Shown piece after piece: positions 9,664 through 20,052 of a stretch of 64,000 bases of DNA. A program made the position numbers and the translations under genes. Every line of letters starts with the position of its first letter. Position 1 is the stretch's first letter. The notes beneath the pieces were generated by a model, which was not told the origin of the DNA, made no database searches, and worked only from the letters and a program-made list of their open reading frames with translations. Source of the stretch: Candidatus Poribacteria bacterium (lineage in GTDB: Bacteria > Poribacteria > WGA-4E > PCPOR2b); contig OZ244042.1 of assembly GCA_965215015.1 (NCBI GenBank), forward strand, positions 1,760,001 through 1,824,000. The letters run 5' to 3'.

Positions 9664-12600
9664 ATGAAATTCGATAAAAAAACTGGAAGTAGAAATCTCC
9701 CATATGTGCGGCAGCCCTCCCTCTCACCGGACGGGAGCAAAATGGCTTTCTGTTATGCGGGGGATGTTTGGATTGTCCCCGCAGGCGGCGGACAGGCAAG
9801 CCGTATAACATCACACGCAAGCAACGATTCACATCCAATCTTCTCTCCCGATGGAACGCAATTGGCGTTTGCATCTCAGCGCACAGGTGGTGGAAATATT
9901 TACGCTATTTCCCTCCAATCGAACCATCCACCGAAGCGCCTGACCTACCACAATGAATCCGTTCCACCGGCTTGCTGGTCCCCGGATGGGCAATGGCTCT
10001 ACTTTACCTCCGATTATGATGGACTTCGAGGGGCGATTTATAAGGTTTATACAGAAGGAGGCACACCAATCCAAGTCACTGGCGATCCGCGGGAAACGTA
10101 CTACCATTTAGCAATCTCGCCCGATGGAAAGATGTTAGCTTTTAACAATAACGGGTCCCCATGGTGGCGACGTGGACAGCACCCCTCCGGGCATTCCGAC
10201 ATCTGGATAGTCAGTGAAGCAGTTGGAGCGAATGACCACCGCCGATTGACGCAATATCTTGGTAAAAATCTGAGACCGATGTGGAAGGCTGAGGGCACTG
10301 GACTTTACTACCTGAGTGACCGCGACGGTCAAGAAAACATCTGGTATATGACACTAAAAGGCGATGCGGAGACTGAACAGCTCACTCACTTTGTCGACGG
10401 ACGGGTGCTGCGTCCATCCATCTCGGCGGATGGGAAGTGGATTGCTTTTGAACGCGATTTTCAGATCTGGCGACTGAACCTTGAAAGCCGCGTGTCTGAG
10501 CCGGTGGAGATTATTCTTCAGACTGACGAAAAATCGAATCCAATCCGACATCATAGCTACACCTCAGGCATCAACGAATTTGAACTTGCTCCTGATGGCA
10601 AGAAGGTCGGCTTTATTGTTCATGGCGAGGTCTTTGCGGATTTGGCGGACAAAGGGGATAAGGTCAAAAAGGGAGGGGATTCGTTTAAGGTTACAGACAC
10701 CCCTTCCCGCGAAAGCCAGCTGCGGTGGCATCCTGAAAGCGACCGTGTGGTGTACATCTCGGATCGGACAGGGCACAACGAGGTCTTTCAATATCGCTTC
10801 AAAGAACGGGTGGAAACCCAACTGACGGATTCACCGGAGCAGAAATACACGCCAAAGTTCTCACCCGATGGGAAGTGGCTTGCTTATATTCAAGTCTCCG
10901 TGAATCCTGATACAAGGGGGAGTGCTGGCGAAATCTGGTTGATAGATACAGAAACCGAGGAGAAGCGATCTTTTATTACCAATCAGAATTTTATAGGAGT
11001 GCCTCAACCAACAGAGTTTGGGTGGTCCCCGGATAGCCAGTGGTTAGCTTTTATCGCAACGGATACCAATTTCTTCAGCAACCTCCATGTTCAGCATATT
11101 GAAGCGGATACTCCCAAGCAACTGACCTTTTTGAGCAACATTAGCACGGATGACATCCTCTGGTCTCCGGACGGAAAATTTATCATATTTAATACGGGAC
11201 AGTACCGCACTGAGTCACAAATTGCGCGGCTAGATCTAAGGCCGATTCGACCGGTCTTTAAGGAGGATGATTTTGATCGATTATTTCAGGTCAAAGACTC
11301 TCGGGATGGAGAGAAAAAACAGGACAAGCCGCAGCCGCCTGAAGCAGAGTCCAATGAAGAAGAAGAAGCCGATTCACGCCCCGAAAACTCGGATGAATCA
11401 GAAAACGAACAGGACGCTGAGGGCAAAAAGGCGAAAAATAAAAAGATTGAGCCGGTTGAGATTGAGTTTGAAGGGATAAAACACCGGCTCCGTTTCCTCA
11501 CTGATTTCAAGCTGAATGCCGTAGCTGAAAGTATTCATCCCAACAGCAAAACCCTCATCTTCCGCGCTGCCATGACCGGACAGTCGAATCTGTGGAGCCT
11601 GTCACTTGAGGAGGATAAGCGCGATGAGCTTCCCAAGCAATTGACAGGGACGGCCAGCGGGAAAGGTAACGTGCATTTTATACCGAATGGCAAAAGGTTC
11701 TATTATACCGATGGAGGACGCATCCATTCTGTGGGGATGGGTGAAGATGGCGCAAAGGAGGGAGATACAAGGGCGTTGGATACAAAGGCAGAGGTCCAAG
11801 TCAACTTTCATCTCGAAAAGATGCAAGCCTTCGACGAAGCGTGGCGGTTAATTCGAGATGGATTTTATGACCCACAATTCCACGGTTGTGATTGGGAACA
11901 GATACACCAGACGTTTCGTCCGATGGTGGAAGGGGTACAAACTCAGGCGGATTTTCGTGAACTTTTGAATCTTATGGTTGGGGAGTTGAACGCCTCCCAT
12001 CTCGGTGCCGGGGGGCGGACTGACAACGCGCCGGATAGCTTTCTCGGTGTGGATTTCGATCGGGAGGCGTTGGAACGGGATGGGCATTTCAAGATTTCGG
12101 AGATCATCCCCGAATCTCCACTAACGCTTATAGCAGAACCTGCACAGGTTGGGAAGTATTTGGTCGCGGTTGATGGCGTGATTCTCAACCGGCAGGCCAA
12201 CCTACCTGCGCTACTCCAGCGAAAACAAGGGAAACGGGTAATTGTAAAACTCAACGATAAACCCCAGCTTGAGGATGCCCGCGAATTCACCGTCCAACCT
12301 ATTGACAGTGGTCAGCACCGAAACCTCCGTTACAAGGAATGGGTACATTGGAATGAGACATACGTCCACAAAAAAAGTAATCGACGGCTTGGATATGTTC
12401 ACATCCGTGAGATGTCTTACGAAGCTTACCTCCAATTCATCGCTGACCTTGATACTGAAACCCACGACAGGGAGGGGGTTGTGCTCGATGTTCGATTTAA
12501 CCCCGGTGGACATATCGCCCCTTTCATCCTCGATGTTTTGCACCGTAGAGCCTATACTCAATCGAATTATCGCGGTCTAATCAGTACAACAGATACAAAC

Positions 12601-12963
12601 CTCGCAGGCAATCGCATCTTGGAGCAGCCTGTTATTCTTATCACCAATGAACACTCTGGGAGCAATGCGGAGATGTTCAGCGAAGGTTTCCGAAAATTGG
12701 GACTTGGTAAAGTCGTCGGTATGCCTACGGCCGGTGCGGTCATCTGGACCTGGGGTTGGGGTCTACTTGATGGCACAAGCTTCCGTTTACCCCGGTTGAG
12801 GGTCACAACCTTGGACGGTGAGAATACGGAAGGCACCGCCCGTCCGGTTGACGTTCAAGTTGACCGCCCGCTTGGCGAGGCTGCACAGGGGATAGACAGT
12901 CAACTTGACGTTGCTGTTGAGCAATTACTGGCACAGATTGATCGAAATAGTGGGGATACGTAG
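9664..12963 (+). CDS. Tricorn-like S41 protease (PD40 propellers, PDZ, S41 domain)
   Basis: SPDG repeats, GELNASH, GYVHIREM, DVRFNPGG, catalytic SGSNAE; no evident signal peptide. Confidence 0.9.
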   Translation: MKFDKKTGSRNLPYVRQPSLSPDGSKMAFCYAGDVWIVPAGGGQASRITSHASNDSHPIFSPDGTQLAFASQRTGGGNIYAISLQSNHPPKRLTYHNESVPPACWSPDGQWLYFTSDYDGLRGAIYKVYTEGGTPIQVTGDPRETYYHLAISPDGKMLAFNNNGSPWWRRGQHPSGHSDIWIVSEAVGANDHRRLTQYLGKNLRPMWKAEGTGLYYLSDRDGQENIWYMTLKGDAETEQLTHFVDGRVLRPSISADGKWIAFERDFQIWRLNLESRVSEPVEIILQTDEKSNPIRHHSYTSGINEFELAPDGKKVGFIVHGEVFADLADKGDKVKKGGDSFKVTDTPSRESQLRWHPESDRVVYISDRTGHNEVFQYRFKERVETQLTDSPEQKYTPKFSPDGKWLAYIQVSVNPDTRGSAGEIWLIDTETEEKRSFITNQNFIGVPQPTEFGWSPDSQWLAFIATDTNFFSNLHVQHIEADTPKQLTFLSNISTDDILWSPDGKFIIFNTGQYRTESQIARLDLRPIRPVFKEDDFDRLFQVKDSRDGEKKQDKPQPPEAESNEEEEADSRPENSDESENEQDAEGKKAKNKKIEPVEIEFEGIKHRLRFLTDFKLNAVAESIHPNSKTLIFRAAMTGQSNLWSLSLEEDKRDELPKQLTGTASGKGNVHFIPNGKRFYYTDGGRIHSVGMGEDGAKEGDTRALDTKAEVQVNFHLEKMQAFDEAWRLIRDGFYDPQFHGCDWEQIHQTFRPMVEGVQTQADFRELLNLMVGELNASHLGAGGRTDNAPDSFLGVDFDREALERDGHFKISEIIPESPLTLIAEPAQVGKYLVAVDGVILNRQANLPALLQRKQGKRVIVKLNDKPQLEDAREFTVQPIDSGQHRNLRYKEWVHWNETYVHKKSNRRLGYVHIREMSYEAYLQFIADLDTETHDREGVVLDVRFNPGGHIAPFILDVLHRRAYTQSNYRGLISTTDTNLAGNRILEQPVILITNEHSGSNAEMFSEGFRKLGLGKVVGMPTAGAVIWTWGWGLLDGTSFRLPRLRVTTLDGENTEGTARPVDVQVDRPLGEAAQGIDSQLDVAVEQLLAQIDRNSGDT

Positions 12964-13002
12964 AGGCAGCCTCAGGTGCTGTTGGTTCGTCCGAGACTTA
13001 CA

Positions 13003-13030
13003 GTAGGGAACGCGGATCTGTGTTCCCTAC
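13003..13030. repeat. GTAG-type REP-like palindrome; related copies at 22290-22317, 26083-26109, 35879-35905, 47027-47054, 59851-59919
   Basis: GTAGGGAAC-n10-GTTCCCTAC and variants, all intergenic. Confidence 0.7.
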
Positions 13031-13046
13031 CGCCGGGCATACTTTC

Positions 13047-13805
13047 CTATCCGAGCGTCTTCCAAACTAGCCCAGTTGCAGACGCCAGCACCGCGAAGAC
13101 AAGAACGACCCGAATCCATTTATCCCCTTTGGCAACCGCCCAATGACTGCCGATCCAAGCCCCTGTGGCATTTCCAACAGCAAGCGTCAGTCCAAGAGGC
13201 CAATCCACATATCTAATGAAGGCAATTAGTGCGATGATGGTGTAAAAGAATATCACAAACACCTTGATTGCATTGGTACGAGCCAGATCGAAACCGTTTG
13301 TCAGCGTCAGGGATGCGATGACGATGAACCCCACTCCTGCCTGAATGAAACCGCCGTAAACACCTACTAAAAAAAAGACGAGCACCCCGATGATTTTGCG
13401 GAATAGGCTGAGATTTTCAGTTTCACCTTGCAACTTCTTAGGTGGATTAAAAAGGGTCAAAAGTAGCACCGCAATCATGATGCCAGCGAGCACGCGGTTG
13501 AAGATAACTTCATCCGTCTCAATGGCAATTTGCGCGCCGAACCATGCCCCGACAAGTGCAGGCAGGGTAAGGAGTGCACTATAGCCAAAATCAGAAACAC
13601 CTTTGCGGCGGAACCCCATAATTGCACTGGCATTTTGCACGAATACCGCGACTCTGTTGGTGCCATTTGCTGATGTCGCTGGGGGTAAGCCGAGAAAAAT
13701 TAGAACAGGAAGGGTGAGTAATGAACCCCCGCCGGCAACGGTGTTGAGAAAGCCGGCGCAGACACCGGTGACGAGAATTAACGGGATTGCCCAAAGATTT
13801 TCCAT
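13047..13805 (-). CDS. TauE/SafE (TSUP) family membrane transporter
   Basis: AGGGSLLTLP, ANGTN, GVYGGFIQAGVG; multiple TM segments. Confidence 0.88.
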   Translation of the reverse strand: MENLWAIPLILVTGVCAGFLNTVAGGGSLLTLPVLIFLGLPPATSANGTNRVAVFVQNASAIMGFRRKGVSDFGYSALLTLPALVGAWFGAQIAIETDEVIFNRVLAGIMIAVLLLTLFNPPKKLQGETENLSLFRKIIGVLVFFLVGVYGGFIQAGVGFIVIASLTLTNGFDLARTNAIKVFVIFFYTIIALIAFIRYVDWPLGLTLAVGNATGAWIGSHWAVAKGDKWIRVVLVFAVLASATGLVWKTLG

Positions 13806-14217
13806 ATTGTTTTTGCAGCTTCTTGTTGGTTGGATTGAAAGATTACAACCAAGATTATATCAGCTTCTAACCAGTTTATCCAGCGGAAAACTGGGAATAC
13901 TCGGTAGAATAGGGCTTTTTGACCGATTTTGGCGGGTAAAAGGTCGCAGACATATAGTAGTAGGCATACTCCGTATGCCGTATTGGTACAGAACTGTTGA
14001 CATCTGACAAGCGGTATGTCGGGATTTGGAAATCCCTCCTACTAAAGAACTAAATGCCTCTAACGGCAGAAATTGTACAGGTTGACTTATTCAGGGATAG
14101 TGTGCTAAATTAGGGAGGTCTATTCTGGATTCACCCATTCAGGGTTAGCGGAGGTAAGATGTCCTTACTCAGCGGCCCCTCACTAATTCGTTGTTTTCAG
14201 AGCAGGAGGAGAGTATT

Positions 14218-14688
14218 ATGTTAGCCGTTAAAGAACTGGGTCATGTAGGAATCTACTGCACCGACCTGCAACGTTCCAAAGATTTTTACACACGCCTCTT
14301 GGGACTCACAGTTACCGACGAAGACCCTGACGGTAACATCACCTTCCTCAGTGCACAGCCAGAGGAGGAACACCATGAAGTCGCGCTCTGCCCGGGCAGG
14401 GATGTACCAGCGGGGGCAAAGGTTATTCAACAGGTCTCCTTCATCGTGGAAGATCTGCCAACCCTGAAGCAGTTTTATCATCGACTGAAGCAGGAGGGGG
14501 TGCGCTTCCGCAGTATTGTTAGTCACGGTATCGCCCTTGCCATTTACTGCTACGATCCTGATGACAATGTTGTTGAGATCTATGCCAAAACACCGTACAA
14601 GATAGCGCAACCGCTCTCTGAGCCGGTAGATCTCGAGTTGTCAGACGAAGAGTTGCTCGCCATCGCTGAAGGGGGTAAACAGGCGTAG
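14218..14688 (+). CDS. VOC (glyoxalase/extradiol dioxygenase) family protein
   Basis: LGHVGI...FYTRLLGL, HHEVAL, YCYDPDDNVVEI. GGAG before ATG 14218. Confidence 0.85.
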   Translation: MLAVKELGHVGIYCTDLQRSKDFYTRLLGLTVTDEDPDGNITFLSAQPEEEHHEVALCPGRDVPAGAKVIQQVSFIVEDLPTLKQFYHRLKQEGVRFRSIVSHGIALAIYCYDPDDNVVEIYAKTPYKIAQPLSEPVDLELSDEELLAIAEGGKQA

Positions 14689-14712
14689 CAACGTTACACA
14701 AAGGAGGATGTC

Positions 14713-15315
14713 ATGAGCTTAGAATATTCATCGACAATTGCAAGTATTGTAAAGAAACTAGAAACTCGCAATCCGCTACCACCGCTCGCCCCAAGCGAAG
14801 AGTGGGACCGTGAACTCACCCATCAAATTAAAGATATTTCACTGGAAAAGCTCTTTGATGGGCAATTCATTAACGATTCAACAATGGGATACGCTATGCA
14901 GAGTGGATTGCTGCTCTGGAACGATGCGCTTGATGCGTCACACACAATCTCCCAAGGCATCGAAAGCGAAACGGGTAGCTATTGGCACGGTATTATGCAC
15001 CGCCGCGAGCCGGACTATAGCAACGCAAAGTACTGGTTTAGGCGCGTTGGGAGCCATCCCACCTTTGCCGTACTCCGCGAACAAGCGTTAGTGCTGCTTC
15101 AATCAGGTTCAACCGAATCAGATTCGCTCACAAGTTATGCCAAGGCAATTGAGCAAACAGATGACTGGGACGCTTTCCGGTTCGTTGACTGGTGTCGGGC
15201 TGCAGATGAGAATAGGTCAACGCCGGAAGCCGTGAAAGCGTTTTTACAAACTGTACAAGTTGAAGAGATTAAACTGTTACTGAATTACTCCTACCAGGGA
15301 GCACTCACCCAATAA
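14713..15315 (+). CDS. Hypothetical protein
   Basis: Clean ORF with AGGAGG RBS; motif-like SHTISQ...[20 protein letters not shown]. Confidence 0.75.
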   Translation: MSLEYSSTIASIVKKLETRNPLPPLAPSEEWDRELTHQIKDISLEKLFDGQFINDSTMGYAMQSGLLLWNDALDASHTISQGIESETGSYWHGIMHRREPDYSNAKYWFRRVGSHPTFAVLREQALVLLQSGSTESDSLTSYAKAIEQTDDWDAFRFVDWCRAADENRSTPEAVKAFLQTVQVEEIKLLLNYSYQGALTQ

Positions 15316-15395
15316 GAGTGATGCAGTTACACTATGCTATTGGAATGAAGTAGGACAGGTCCCATACCTAATCAAACCGAACAGGAGATATTACC

Positions 15396-16406
15396 ATGCG
15401 TTCTCACAATGACTTCCGCTGCTATCCCTTACTCATCGCGATTGGTTGTATATTCACAACAGTTTGCATCTTTTCTGTTGATGCATCTTCAATCAAAACC
15501 AGTTACAAGTATCAAGAGATTAAGCGGCTCCATAAAACGATCCTCCAAAACAGTGAACCGGCAGGACTCAACATGCTGATTCAGAAATCACGCGCGTTTA
15601 TCGCGGAGCATCCGAAATACAAACGAATTGATCAGGTCTACTACATCTGCGGCAATGCGCTGACTCGTGCAGGTAATACCGAGGAAGCGGTTAAGGCTTA
15701 TCAACAACTTGTGAAAAATCATCCAAAAGCCACCTATTTTGCGCCTGCCCTGCTGGAGATGGGATTGGCCTACGATCGGCTCGGCCAGTACGACAAAGCG
15801 GATACAGCGTACCGTCAATTGGTTGAGCACCCAAAATACGGGGCGCGCTCATCTGCGCGGACGGCGAAGCGGTTGCTGGCACTGGAAAAAGAGAACCGCA
15901 CCGGTGAAGTTCCCGCAAGAGCTTCATACAGAGGTCGGCCGGATGTACTGGTTGGCAAAAAAGCAATCGAATTCAATGTGAAAGATCTCAACGGCAATAA
16001 TCTGTCGCTGGAGCAATACCGTGGCAAGGTGGTCCTGCTTGATTTCTGGGCGGTTTGGTGTGAACCGTGCGTTACTGAAATGCCTAACGTAAAGCAAGTT
16101 TACCAGAAATATAAGGATGAAAATTTCCAAATTATTGGCATTAGTCTCGATAAGAGTCGGGATACACTGGTGGGTTACCTAGAAAAGGAAGGAATTATGT
16201 GGCCCCAGTTTTTTGATGGAAATGGTTGGAAGAATCAGGTGGCGGGGATGTACGGTATCAGGGCCATTCCGCACATGTACCTCATTGATGGCGAAGGCAT
16301 GGTTCGTAAATCAGATGTGCGGGGCAGAGCACTTGAACCGGCGGTCGCCGAACTGATCCGAGAAAATAACGCGAAATTACAGGGCGACAAGCCGGCTGAG
16401 AAATAG
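15396..16406 (+). CDS. Secreted TPR + TlpA/redoxin thiol-disulfide oxidoreductase
   Basis: Signal peptide, TPR-like helices, GKVVLLDFWAVWCEPC. Confidence 0.88.
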   Translation: MRSHNDFRCYPLLIAIGCIFTTVCIFSVDASSIKTSYKYQEIKRLHKTILQNSEPAGLNMLIQKSRAFIAEHPKYKRIDQVYYICGNALTRAGNTEEAVKAYQQLVKNHPKATYFAPALLEMGLAYDRLGQYDKADTAYRQLVEHPKYGARSSARTAKRLLALEKENRTGEVPARASYRGRPDVLVGKKAIEFNVKDLNGNNLSLEQYRGKVVLLDFWAVWCEPCVTEMPNVKQVYQKYKDENFQIIGISLDKSRDTLVGYLEKEGIMWPQFFDGNGWKNQVAGMYGIRAIPHMYLIDGEGMVRKSDVRGRALEPAVAELIRENNAKLQGDKPAEK

Positions 16407-16601
16407 CGTAATACCCTCAACAATTGACGTAATGAGTAGATAGAGGTTGTCCTCTTAATTTAACGCAAAGTCGCATTGGCGGCGTGTAAGAGGCAAGAAT
16501 CTTCAGCTTCTACTTGCGCTTTCTATGACTATGCTGTTTCTTTTTTTTATTACATCTCACTATAATAAAATTTACGCGTATCAAGGAGGAGTAGAGAAGG
16601 T

Positions 16602-17115
16602 ATGCGATGCTAGGTGGTGGTACGACTCTGTTTCACTGTTCATCGAGTCCCATTTCACAGAAAAACTCCACCTACAGGGTTTATACGCTTCCTGATCGAG
16701 ACTCAGCATTAGGTAAACGTACCGTAGGTTCTCAAGAGAAACTGCCTGCCGTGGGTGATTCGCCAGAATCAACGGATCAGGCGCAAGCGTTACCGCCGTC
16801 GGATTCAAGCTCTACTAACACTAGCGATCTGAAGATAACATCCCAAGCAACGGTGGAGGTGTGGGAAGAGCTAATAGATGAACTTCAGAGGCAATGGCTA
16901 CTGGAGGGATTAGCGGAAATTGGTTTCGATGATCCGGAGCAATAGGAGGAACTGGCAACTTCGCCGTTACTAGTGGTTAGATGGCAGGGTGAAAATCTCA
17001 AAGCCAAAATCTCAAAGCCAAGGTAAGCGAACTTGTAGAGTCGGGGGCTATCACATTTGAATCAACACAAAATCCCCCTGAGTCGAAAACCAAATCGTCG
17101 CTGAAAAGCAAGTGA
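16602..17115 (+). pseudogene. Probable decayed gene of unknown function
   Basis: AGGAGG then ATG-CGA-TGC-TAG; the 16607-16945 ORF stays open past its TAG; a 14-bp tandem duplication (16992-17019) shifts the frame. Confidence 0.4.
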
Positions 17116-17178
17116 GTTGCGTGCCTAGTGAACTTAATTCCAACTCTCAGACGTTGTACAAGCAAGAACACCCCACCC

Positions 17179-18894
17179 CTATCGGCTCGATTTTACGCTT
17201 CCCTCGACTAACGTGAGGGCTTGATTCACTTCCACCTCTTCAAGCCGTTCCTGTAGACCGCTTGGCCATCGGAATTCAATCGAATCGATCCGACGATGTT
17301 TCCCCAGTCCGAAATGCAACCGCATGTCGTTCTGCGATAGGTAGCTTGAGCCGCTCCGAACCTCCCGAATCTGTATCAGGTTTCCAGTTGTTACCTTGAC
17401 CTTTGCCCCAATCGCATCCCGATTGCTGCGCGTACCAACCAGTTTGAGAGTCAACCACGTATTCTGGCCTCCCCTATTCTCCAATAGGTCGGGAGACCCC
17501 CTCAGGTTCGTCACGAGCAGGTCGAGATCGCCGTCGTTGTCGTAGTCAGAGTACGCAAAGCCACGACTGACTTTCTCTAAGCGAATGCCAAATCCTGAAT
17601 TGACGCCGACCTCGTCAAAGGTGCCATCCCGATTGTTTCGGAAGAGCAGATTGGGCTGTTGATAAAATCCGGTTGGGTTGAATGCTTGAACATTCTCGTC
17701 CAAATGTCCGTTGGCGACGAACAAATCTTGATAACCGTCGTTGTCGTAATCGCAGAAACTCACCCCCCACGCCAAGTAAGGCAAACTCATTGTCCCGATT
17801 TTTGACGCATAGCTCACCTCCGAGAATAACCCATGCCCCTCGTTATGGTATAGGGTGTTCGTCTGCCCTTGGAAGTTGGTAACGATGAGATCTAAACGGC
17901 CATCGTTATCGTAATCCCCGAAGTCAACGCCCATGCCGTTCTCCGGCTCCCCATCTTCACTGAACCCAACGCCCGCGGTCAAGCTGACATCAGTAAAGGT
18001 GCCATCACCATCGTTGCGATAGAGGAAATTTTGGTCCGCGTCGTTGGCGATATAAACATCCATGTCCCTGTCGTCATCGTAATCTCCCCAAGCGAGGGCG
18101 AGGCCACGCCCTGTTGCCCCAGAAAAGCTCGCGAATTCCGTCACATCAGTAAAGGTGCCATCGCCGTTATTGTGATAGAGGATATCCAATTCCCCTTCAT
18201 AAAGGCGTGGATCGCAGTAAACACGCACTCCTTTGTTCATGCAGATCTGATCTGATTCGATGGTATACTTCACATAGTTTGTCACATAGAGGTCTAAAAA
18301 GCTATCGTTGTCGTAATCTACGAAGGCGCAGCTTGTTCCCCAACGCGTGTCCCCGGTGCCTGTCTCTGTCGTGACATCGGTAAACGTGCCATCCCCATTG
18401 TTACGAAAAAAGATGTTTGCCCCGAAGTTTGTCACGTACAGATCGGGAAACCCATCGTTGTTGTAGTCTCCAACCGCACACCCCATGCCGTAGCCTATAT
18501 CGGCGACCCCTGCTGCTCTCGCTACATCGGTAAAGGTGCCGTCACCGTTATTGCGATAAAGTGCGTTTCGCGGTGGTTCGTCCCTGTCTAATCGCCCTTT
18601 CGGAAGGAGAGAGAGGTCTGCGCCATTGACAAAGTAGATATCCTGAAATTTGTCGTTGTTATAGTCGAGAAACGCTGCGCCTCCACCGAGGGGTTCTATG
18701 AAGTATCGTTGTCCGCGCGCTCCGTCGTGGTGTTTGAAGTGAATGCCTGCCTCCTTTGTGACTGATGTAAACTTGGGCGGGGTTGCGGAGGCAGGACTGC
18801 TGATGAGAAGCAGTAGGAAACATACAAAGAAAGGCTCATAGAAAAAGAAAGTGCAAAACGCAAAGCGCGTGAAACGTGAAAACCATCTGTTCAT
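17179..18894 (-). CDS. Secreted CRTAC1-family FG-GAP/ASPIC-UnbV protein
   Basis: DYNNDG repeats, GSSYLSQND..LHFGLG, signal peptide ending SPASA. Start uncertain; ATG 18894 chosen. Confidence 0.85.
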   Translation of the reverse strand: MNRWFSRFTRFAFCTFFFYEPFFVCFLLLLISSPASATPPKFTSVTKEAGIHFKHHDGARGQRYFIEPLGGGAAFLDYNNDKFQDIYFVNGADLSLLPKGRLDRDEPPRNALYRNNGDGTFTDVARAAGVADIGYGMGCAVGDYNNDGFPDLYVTNFGANIFFRNNGDGTFTDVTTETGTGDTRWGTSCAFVDYDNDSFLDLYVTNYVKYTIESDQICMNKGVRVYCDPRLYEGELDILYHNNGDGTFTDVTEFASFSGATGRGLALAWGDYDDDRDMDVYIANDADQNFLYRNDGDGTFTDVSLTAGVGFSEDGEPENGMGVDFGDYDNDGRLDLIVTNFQGQTNTLYHNEGHGLFSEVSYASKIGTMSLPYLAWGVSFCDYDNDGYQDLFVANGHLDENVQAFNPTGFYQQPNLLFRNNRDGTFDEVGVNSGFGIRLEKVSRGFAYSDYDNDGDLDLLVTNLRGSPDLLENRGGQNTWLTLKLVGTRSNRDAIGAKVKVTTGNLIQIREVRSGSSYLSQNDMRLHFGLGKHRRIDSIEFRWPSGLQERLEEVEVNQALTLVEGSVKSSR

Positions 18895-19292
18895 TGGTAC
18901 AGGCGGACTAGGAAGCTCGATCCACGAGCCCAAGCGGTAGTAGCCCGTAGGTTGAGATTCATATCTTGGGATTAGCATGTCAATTTTGGAAAATTGACCT
19001 ACTATAAATAACTGAGGGGTGCTCATAAAGTAATAGGCACGATCCACGTGCCGTAAACCCCGCAACTGTTATGGCATATGGCTTGGCTAACACGCAACTG
19101 CCATTAAACTCCCAACCTGAATTGGGAAAAACAAAAGGGAATAAGTCGTTACCGGCTTTTAATAAAACGCAAAGCCGCCAGGGAGCTAGGACGAAAAAAA
19201 GAAAACGAGAGAACCGTATTCCCTGCGTTATTCTCCCGATGAATCCACGATACCATAAGTATTTCCTTTGGAGGATAACCGAGTGATGCGGA

Positions 19293-20039
19293 TTAATCAA
19301 CTTTCACGTAAGTATGCGCCAAGGGTTCCCAGCCGAGCAGTCTCTTGGCTTTTGACAAATTAATCTCACACTGTTCCTCGTCACCGGCGATGAATACGGC
19401 ATCAAAGCCGGTGTGTTCGACGGAAAGCCCCGCAAGGTAAGCCCGCGCCAGATCTTCCTCATCTGTCGCCCAAATGTGCACATGATCGGACTTGGGTTGT
19501 CTACGTCGCTCAATCCACTGCTGGCGAGTCGAGGGCCCCGTGATTCGTAGAGCGATGATTGACATACCGTGTTCACGGCAGAAGTATTGACAAATTTGCT
19601 CCCCAAACCCTTTTGTCAAACCGTACACGCCGGGGTTATCAAGTGGGACCTCTTCCTCAGACGGGAATTTATTGCGTGTCCGTTCATGGACGGTGAACGT
19701 GCTCGTGTGCACGCCACGCGTGATACCCTCTTCTTTCGCAGCGTGTAACAGAATATGTAGCCCCATGGTGTTAACCTGATAGTTAGCGATGACATCATCA
19801 AAATCCGCTGCCGATGAGGCGTGATCGGTGGGACGCCGCATGACCATGTAGATGAACGCGTCCATGCCCTTAACCGCCTGTTGGACAACCTCCGGATCGG
19901 TCACCGAACCTGCGATATATTCGACGGTTGAATCTTTGGGTGGGGAGAGATCGAGGATGCGAAACTGGTGATGTGATTTCATGTAGGGCAGCGTCATCGT
20001 CCCGACATGCCCCGCGCCCCCAACAATTAGCACTTTCAT
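19293..20039 (-). CDS. NAD-dependent epimerase/dehydratase (uronate dehydrogenase-like SDR)
   Basis: GGAGHVG and YGLTK motifs; GGAGG before ATG 20039. Confidence 0.85.
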   Translation of the reverse strand: MKVLIVGGAGHVGTMTLPYMKSHHQFRILDLSPPKDSTVEYIAGSVTDPEVVQQAVKGMDAFIYMVMRRPTDHASSAADFDDVIANYQVNTMGLHILLHAAKEEGITRGVHTSTFTVHERTRNKFPSEEEVPLDNPGVYGLTKGFGEQICQYFCREHGMSIIALRITGPSTRQQWIERRRQPKSDHVHIWATDEEDLARAYLAGLSVEHTGFDAVFIAGDEEQCEINLSKAKRLLGWEPLAHTYVKVD

Positions 20040-20052
20040 GGCGAGCCTCCTT

